From the NCBI GenBank assembly GCA_964016885.1, contig OZ024743.1, positions 78,368,001-78,432,000 on the forward strand: DNA of 64,000 bases, in the 5' to 3' direction. This document shows positions 56,488-64,000 of this stretch, piece by piece. Origin of the DNA: Eledone cirrhosa (taxonomy: Eukaryota). The position numbers and the translations under genes were made by a program. The notes under the pieces are model-generated. The model was not told the origin of the DNA. It was given only the letters and a program-made list of their open reading frames with translations, and made no database searches. Positions within the stretch are counted from its first letter, which is position 1; every line of letters starts with the position of its first letter.

Positions 56488-58407
56488 AAGTTTTATTTAA
56501 ATTGTTGGGTTACAACGAGTAAATATTTATAACTGATATAAAAGCACTCAACAAGTATTTGGAGTATATTTACGATATTAAATAAATGGAAACTATATTT
56601 ATAAAACCATATTTATTTCATTATATATATTTCAGGGATATCATATTAAAAATATGGTATGCCTTCTTCAGACAAAATACAATATAAACAGTCTTATAAA
56701 TAGATAGATTTGACATAGGTATCACTCAATTTTCAATAGACATACTATAAAATTAACTTACTCATCCACCAAAAATTTAGCACAAAATATTAATAGAATA
56801 AATAATAGGAATTTAAAACCTAGCCAAAATACCGATAATAGCATAAATAATATCCAAGTAAACAAATATAACTGTAGAGATAGATCTAAATGTCCGTTAA
56901 ATAACAATTGCTTAGTTAAAAATATAATATACAACTGTAATGTTAAAACGGACTTAAATTCTTTTAACTATGTTGGTTCCACCTCGACAGAATTTAAACT
57001 TCGCTATAATAACCACAAGAATTCTTTCACAGATCCAAGCAAAAAATCTTCAACATCACCATCAGGCTTACTCTGGCAACTTAAGCATGATAACGTTGGA
57101 TATTCGACGGCTTGGAATATAGTCTCAAGAGGGATTCCTTTTAATTCATCCTCTGAGACATGTGACCTCTGCGCGGAGGAGATATTCTTTATACTAAAAT
57201 CTAAAAATTCCCTTAATTTACGGACAAATTTATTCAGTTGCTGCAGACATAGATTGAACTCAACTTTTAAATATAAATATAAATTTAAAATGTAGTATAT
57301 TTACTTTGATTTATAATTATTTATGAAACTCGCCGATAAATCTTTCGATTTCTTTTTTATTTTAAACATTCTTCATGAATAATTAAACTACCCTAAAAGC
57401 TGATGTTCCAAATATATCGAATAAATTTTACACTAGATAAACTTCTATATTAAATATAAGACCATCTGTAGATCAAATGGGTATCCTAAACTTTTGGAAT
57501 GATTTCTGCTAGACAGGATTTGGTAAATAATTTTGGTTTTGTTTGCTTTTGATTCTGATGCTTATAACGAACTTGGCAATATATTGTCAATTAACTATGA
57601 AGGATTGATCTCTGTGGTTGATTTGCGGGGTATACTGTGTTTTATTTTTAATATTTTTATTTTTAATATTTTTTAATTTTTTGATATTTTTATTGATATA
57701 TTGATATCTGTTCTCTATTTATGCTTGAACGATAATCATGTAGAGTAAAGACAAGAATAGTATTGTTAAAATTAATGTAGACTCTATATATATATGTATA
57801 CTAGAATTTTTATAGCACAATGAGAATGTTTTCATGTGAAATAGGAATTTGCAGAGTTGATCACGTAAATTCACATGGAAGTCTATAGTATCGAATCTGG
57901 GATAACCTTCTATTTTTTTTTCTTTTCTTTTTTCATGAAAGTGCATATATACTTATGTATTTCAATTTTTTTGAAGTTTTTTATCTCAGTTTTTTATCTC
58001 AGTTTTTTATCTCAGTTTTTTTATCTCAGTTTTTAACTCAACTCTGATATAAACCTAGGAATTTTAAACTAGACATATGATCATTATTTTTCACACATTA
58101 TTGATACGTGTCTCATTCATGAATACTGATATTTACATTATAATACCTAATTCATACGAATTGATATTTTTTACATTGATGAAACATAATGTTTTAAATC
58201 TGCCTCGTTTATGTCTGGATATTTTTCTTTTCTCTCTATGTAACGGCTGTTTTCTCTCCTAACCACATATATCTCTCTCTACATTAATACTAGAACTAAA
58301 TAAATAAATAAATAAATAAATATATCATTGATACGTCATTCAACTGGTGCCCAACTACCTATTTTCTTTCTCTCTATCTCTATCTATATCTATCCCTCTC
58401 TATTTTT

Positions 58408-58439
<32 letters not shown>

Positions 58440-58802
58440 ATCTATCTCCCTCTGTGTTTTTTCCTCTCTCTATATATCTCTCTCTGTATCTTTACATGAA
58501 TTTCTTCTCTCTATCTATCTCTCTATATCTATCTCTCTCTATTTAGTTGCATGCATTTCTTCTTTTTCTTCGCTTTTTTTCTTTCTTTCTTTTTATAACT
58601 GTCCCTAACATTTTTCACTACCAAATCAACTTTTTAAATGGAAGTTGAAGTTGAAAGGTATGTCAAATCTATCTATTTATAAGACTGTTTATATTGTATT
58701 TTGTCTGAAGAAGGCATACCATATTTTTAATATGATATCCCTGAAATATATATAATGAAATAAATATGGTTTTATAAATATAGTTTCTATTTATTTAATA
58801 TC

Positions 58803-58805
<3 letters not shown>
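56485..58805 (+). mobile_element. Penelope-like element family K, 5'-truncated, inverted pLTR arms 56571-56717 / 58659-58805
   Basis: TA-flanked. GIY-YIG frame at 56714-57295. HHR-like CUGAAGA agg..cct GAAA tata UA at 58701-58755, with a mirror at 56621-56675. Confidence 0.85.
56714..57295 (+). pseudogene. PLE C-terminal GIY-YIG endonuclease (193 open codons, no ATG, absent from ORF track)
   Basis: HRYHSIFNRHTIKLTYS..NCRDRSKCPLNNNCLVKNIIYNCNV..NYVGSTSTEFKLRYNNHKNSF..LWQLK..CDLCAEEIFFI..LNLRTNLFSCCRHR..*. Confidence 0.85.
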
Positions 58806-58874
<69 letters not shown>

Positions 58875-58902
58875 TATATATATATATATATTAAAATAAC
58901 AG

Positions 58903-59025
58903 CCCAAGTGAAATCAAGAGAAAAATCAAAGAAAAGAATGTTATTGATAAATTCAAACCCAAGCTAAATGAACAATAATAACGCCTATGGGTATTACTTC
59001 TACTACCACTATGACCACGACCACT

Positions 59026-59059
<34 letters not shown>

Positions 59060-59556
59060 ATAATAAAAGTGATGTTGATGGTGATGATTAATAGAAAATG
59101 CTATTTTCATCATTTCAAAAAGCAAAACAATTGATACGTTGGGTATGACTATTGGTCGTTAGCATGCTCAACCAGCCGTGACGTTTAAACCAATCAGCTG
59201 TAGTAATTCAGTGAAACTACACACTGATTGGTCGAAATACAGTTTACAGGGCTTTGCATTCTGGAGCCACTTTTCTCTGTATAAAATGTATAAAAGGTAG
59301 TAAATTTACCCATCTCATTACAGTTGAAAATTGCAAACTCGACTGTCACCACATATCATGAACCTGAAGATTGCGAAAGCATGAAAGTACTTGTTCAATT
59401 AACACTTAGAATTTAATATTCTATCATACTATTTCATTATAATACCATATTATATATATTTTAAAGGATTGTAAATAAAACAAGTAAATCAGACAAAGTT
59501 GGAATTCCTCTTATTAATATAATCTATACACAATCATACACACCCGTGTATATTTA

Positions 59557-59560
<4 letters not shown>
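58903..59560 (+). mobile_element. PLE family I 3' end: GIY-YIG tip + pLTR
   Basis: PSEIKRKIKEKNVIDKFKPKLNEQ* (58903-58977), (AAC)n, CCAAT/TATA motifs, then an HHR. Confidence 0.75.
59359..59397 (+). ncRNA. minimal hammerhead motif (family I)
   Basis: tgaac CUGAAGA t-tgc-gaaa-gca-t GAAA gtac UU gttca, with palindromic stem III. Confidence 0.78.
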
Positions 59561-59592
<32 letters not shown>

Positions 59593-59595
<3 letters not shown>

Positions 59596-59826
59596 TTCTC
59601 TGGTGAGTTTTATCAACATGTCACTGGGATAGCCATAGGCACAAGAATGGGCCCAAACTATGCAAACATTTTCGTTGGCCATGTTGAGGCCCAAACCTTT
59701 GCCCAGTACACCGGCCCCACGCCCGAACTGTACGGTCGTTACATCGACGACTGTATCGGAGCCACGACCCTCACCCGAGAACAGCTCGACTCCTTTCTCT
59801 CCTTCTTCTGCTCCTTCCACCCCTCC
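59593..59826 (+). mobile_element. PLE reverse-transcriptase core fragment (another family)
   Basis: SFSGEFYQHVTGIAIGTRMGPNYANIFVG..YGRYIDDC..FCSFHPS. Confidence 0.85.
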
Positions 59827-60037
59827 TGTTCATTACCAGTTTGTGATAAGGACATTTCATCTAAGTTTTTTTTTAAAATCTAATTTTCAGCCAGTTTATT
59901 GAATACATGGTATGTGACTGAGTGGTCAAGGTGTTGTACTCATGGTCATAGCTCCTTGGGTTCGATTCTTGGACAGGGTAGTACGTTGTAATTTTGAGAT
60001 AAATATTGTGTAATGGTGCCTTTTCTGCCAAGAGTAT

Positions 60038-60730
60038 CAGTGGAAAGACCAACGGAAACTTTGTCTCCTTGGTCCAGATTGATAACTAACAGATAATATG
60101 AACAATGGAAAGACCAATGGAAAGCTTGTCTCATTGGTCAAGATTGATAACTAACAGATAATATCAACAATGGAAAGACCAACGGAAACCTTGTCTCCTT
60201 GGTCCAGATTGATAACTAACAGATAATATCAACAATGGAAAGACCAACGGAAACCTTGTCTCCTTGGTCCAGATTGATAACTAACAGATAATATCAACAA
60301 TGGAAAGACCAACGGAAACCTTGTCTCCTTGGTCCAATCTAACAAGCAACAGATAATATCAGCAATGGAAAGACCAACGGAAACCTTGTCTCCTTGGTCC
60401 AATCTAACAAGCAACAGATAATATCAGCAATGGAAAGACCAACGGAAACCTTGTCTCCTTGGTCCAATCTAACAAACAACAGATAATATCAGCAATGGAA
60501 AGACCAATGTAAACCTTGTCTTCTTGGTCCAGATTGATAACTAACAGATAATATGAACAATGGAAAGACCAATGGAAACCTTGTCTCCTTGGTCCAATCT
60601 AACAAGCAACAGATAATATCAACAATGGAAAGACCAATGGAAACCTTGTCTCCTTGGTCCAATCTAACAAGCAACAGATAATATGAACAATGGAAAGACC
60701 AATGGAAACCTTCTCTCCTTGGTCCAATCT
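60038..60730 (+). repeat. minisatellite, 61-62 bp unit, about 11 copies, preceded by a tRNA-like SINE head (59906-60037)
   Basis: Unit caatggaaagaccaacggaaaccttgtctccttggtcc(agattgataact|aatctaacaagc)aacagataatatca. Confidence 0.95.
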
Positions 60731-61120
60731 CATCATCAGATTGAATCAGTTTCATTCTTTTACTCAACACAAGAAAGGAGGAGCTGACTCTAAGTTTATT
60801 TTGGACTTGCAAACATACACACATACTCTCTAATATATATAGATACGTATATTCATATAATGAAGTACTTAAATATACACGTGTTTGTATACTTGTGTGT
60901 ATACATAAATATATACAAATATATATACATATGTGCATATATATATATATATGCGCGTGTGTGCATATGTGTATGTGTATATGTATATATAATATACATA
61001 CACATATGCACACACGCGCATATATATATATGCACATATATATATGCACATATATATATATGCACACATGCATATGCATATATATATATACATACACACA
61101 CACACATATATATGTGTGTA

Positions 61121-62175
61121 TATTTAGCATTTTATCATATTTACCTTATTATATGTGGCATATTTAGGTGGTAGCTGTAATATCGATAATTCATCAGAGT
61201 CGACTGTAGTGTTGCCGTATATATTTGTGTTGTTGTTGTTGAATTCATCTGTTAATGAGATGTCGGCCATGTTTATACCATCAATCTTGTCTGGATATTT
61301 ATCTCTATTCTCTGAAGTTTCTTGATTTAGTTTCATCTGTTTGAGCCACCTTAATTTCTTGTTAAAGTGTTTGTCACATTCTTGAATAATGTACTTTTGT
61401 TCGAGACATATAAGGTTTATATATATTAATTTTTCTCTTGGTGTGGTGATCTTAGTTATTTCTTGTATTAGGTTTCGCTTATGTTTTTCTTGCTGACTTA
61501 ATTCTCTGTAAATCTTTTTTATGTTTAGAATTAGCGTTCGTTTTAGCCTATCTGCTTGCTTTTGGGTAAGTTGTAATCTTCTTACATCGGTGTTGATGGT
61601 GTTGGTGTAAACTCGGGAAGAGGCACATTCTTTTATGAAGTGTAGTTGAGATGTTATTGTTTTTCGTAGACAACAGAACATGGTGGTTTTCAGTATCTTG
61701 TTAGCCTGGCTAAGGCTTACGATATTTCGTTTCTGAATTTGTTTAGCAAGATTATTTATCTGAAAACGTGTGTTGAAACCGATATTGTTATGCTTTGAGA
61801 GGGTCATGTTGCCAATAAGAAACACACGCACCAGTTGCTTTCACTCCACTTTATTATAACTTAAATTTATAAATTTAAGAATTTATAAATTTCCGGTTGG
61901 TTGGTTGGTTCCATAACCGGACGGTTGTTCATATATTGTCAAAGTTCTTTCGTCACACATTTTGTGACCTCTTCAGTGACTGGGGGATTCTTTTCTTTGT
62001 TTTGTGCCTCTCCTTTGTTCTGTCCTACGCCATCTTGTTTTTGTGTGTGTTGTGTGCTTAGTTTGCGCATGTGTTACATCCGGGTGTCTGTGTGTGTTTT
62101 TATTTGTTTATTTATTTGTTTATTTACATGTTACTGGTTGGTTGTTTGTTCTATGTGTGTGTGTGTTTTCATTTT
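61121..62175 (-). mobile_element. PLE family A: complete pLTR (62175-61725) running into the ORF N-terminus (to 61124)
   Basis: 62175-61725 is homologous to 18675-19080. The [40 protein letters not shown] continues past the point where other copies stop. Confidence 0.88.
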
Positions 62176-62350
62176 GCATTATTTGTACTGGCCCTTTACA
62201 TTTGGAGTTTAAATCCCACCGATGTAAATTTTGTCTTTCATCTTTCCAGGATCGATTAAATATACATATATACACATACATATTTATATGCATTTATGTG
62301 TTTAAATACACATATATGTAGATAAATGTATATATATATATATATATGTC

Positions 62351-62383
<33 letters not shown>

Positions 62384-63206
62384 CTGTATGTGTATATATA
62401 TGTGTGTGTGTGTATGTGTATATGTATGGATATATAAACAGATCTGTATATGTACTTAAATATATGACCATAGATCTTATGCTGATATATATACACATTT
62501 CTACAGAATTATCCAATGTCCAAAATATTCAGAATTATTGTTTACCAATATTTTCGAAACCACCATTTTCCTCTTCATCATTGTCAGGACTTATTCTTAT
62601 TATAATTTGAATTTTTATTATTATATTTATTATTATTATGATTATTATTGTTGTTATTATATTTTGACAGAATTGGTAGAGCGTCGGATATAATGCTATT
62701 GTGGTATTTGTACTGGCCCTTTACATATGGAGTTCAAATCCCACCGATGTAAATTTTGCCTTTCATCCTTCCAGGATCGATAAAATATAATACCAGTTAA
62801 ATACTGTGGTCAACATTATTGACTTTCCACTTCTCCCAAATTACTGGCCTTAGCGGGAAGTGTTGCCTTCCAGCCAGTTTGTTGAAAGGTGGGTGAGAGA
62901 GGCAAGAATGACCCGTGTGAATGGGCCTGCCCTGAGCGTATGCCTGTAGTATCGTAGGAGGAAAACTGGAAGAGGGCGCTTGCCCTAGCGGTCAGGGTAA
63001 TGGTGGCTTTTTTGTGGGCTTTCTCCACGAGTGACCCTCGGAAGTCTCCCCCCCCCCCCTATTGGGGAATTTTTCCTTGTTTCATTTTTATGCATATTTT
63101 TTTTTTTTTTTACATGCAGAAAAGCCCATCTGTACCGTCTTGTATTGTCCCGTGCTGTCCTTAATGTTATACTTTATGTCAACCCTTGTGATTAATAAAG
63201 AAAACA

Positions 63207-64000
63207 TTATTATTATTATTATTATTCCTTGAATCTCAGTCATTGATGTTGGTTAACTGGAAAGTCCGTTGGAATGAATATCAAGCCACTACCTGCAGCC
63301 TCAGATATTCAGGACGTATTTGAGGGTTCTTGCTGTTCCCAGCAAGCATGCCTTTTGAAGCGTTCCAAAAAGCATGAAGGGGCCGATTTTCTTTAACCAT
63401 CCCTGGAAACTTTTGGAGATAGTCCCCAGTGCGCCTATGACAATAGGGATCACTTTGACTTCATGGCAGTTCCAAATCCTTTTTACCTCCCACTTTAAGT
63501 CTTGGTATCGGTTAATTTTCTCCCTCTCCTTCTCTTGCACTCTCGTGTCGAATGGGCAGGCCACATCCACAATCAGACACGCTCTTTTTTCTTTGTCCAC
63601 AACCACCAGGTCAGGTCTATTGTGTTCCAGTTTCTTGTCCGTCTGTATCCTAAAATCCCACAGCACCTTCACTTGATCGTTCTCCATCACCACCTCTGGC
63701 CTATGCTCATACCATTTCTCAGAATGTGGTAAATTGTTTACTTTGCATAGGTGCCAGTGGATCACCCTGCCCATCACATCATGTCTCCAGCCCTTATAGT
63801 GGGTCTGGGCTAGGTGTTTACACTCGGATACAATGTGAGCCACAGTCTCCTCTCTCTCTCCACAGATCCTGCACAGTGGGCTAGCCTCCTCCTTGTAAAT
63901 ATGGTGTTTCAGCCACTTCGTTTTGAGGGCCTGCTCCTGCGCAGCCATTAACATTCCTTCTGTAGCCTTTTTGAGGTCTCCTCTTCTCAACCAGTTCCAT
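63207..64000 (-). mobile_element. R4/Dong-like non-LTR retrotransposon 3' portion (CCHC + restriction-like endonuclease), ending in (TAA)n
   Basis: CRICGEREETVAHIVSEC, RHD, WDFRIQTD, RPDLVVVD, DVACP, KINRYQDL and IPIVIGALG. Stop at 63301. (ATT)n at 63206-63226. Confidence 0.9.

Noticed and set aside
59906-59975. tRNA genes at A/B-box-like sequences
   Set aside because: They are SINE heads lacking a complete cloverleaf and followed by SINE body sequence.

Overview
This is AT-rich eukaryotic DNA, most likely octopod cephalopod. That is inferred from the SINE and RTE repeat complement and not verified. The only host gene is the 3' half of an SLC22/organic-cation-transporter-like MFS gene on +. 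It has four coding exons (1030-1299, 44514-44728, 45417-45525, 46788-46998) with consistent splice phases and a 43.2-kb intron (1300-44513). The rest is transposon-derived: at least 4 RTE LINE families (one copy with an intact 1041-aa ORF), CR1, R4/Dong, L1/Tx1 and CRE-like fragments, tRNA-derived SINEs, non-autonomous Helitrons, Tc2/hAT MITEs, minisatellites and very long (TA)n/(TATG)n tracts. The ORF track does not show the most striking feature. The short inserts between the (TA)n tracts belong to about 11 families of Penelope-like (PLE) pseudo-LTRs, many present as solo fold-back palindromes. Each family carries a hammerhead-ribozyme (HHR) motif, about 24 copies read by eye, including U3:A8, C4, extra-G, GCAA and long-stem-II core variants. 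Their ends coincide with internal TA microhomologies, three families share an upstream GAGCCACTTTT promoter-like module, and chains of them have been co-duplicated locally. All folds and family assignments were made by eye. No alignment, folding or database search was run. Family letters A-L are my own labels.
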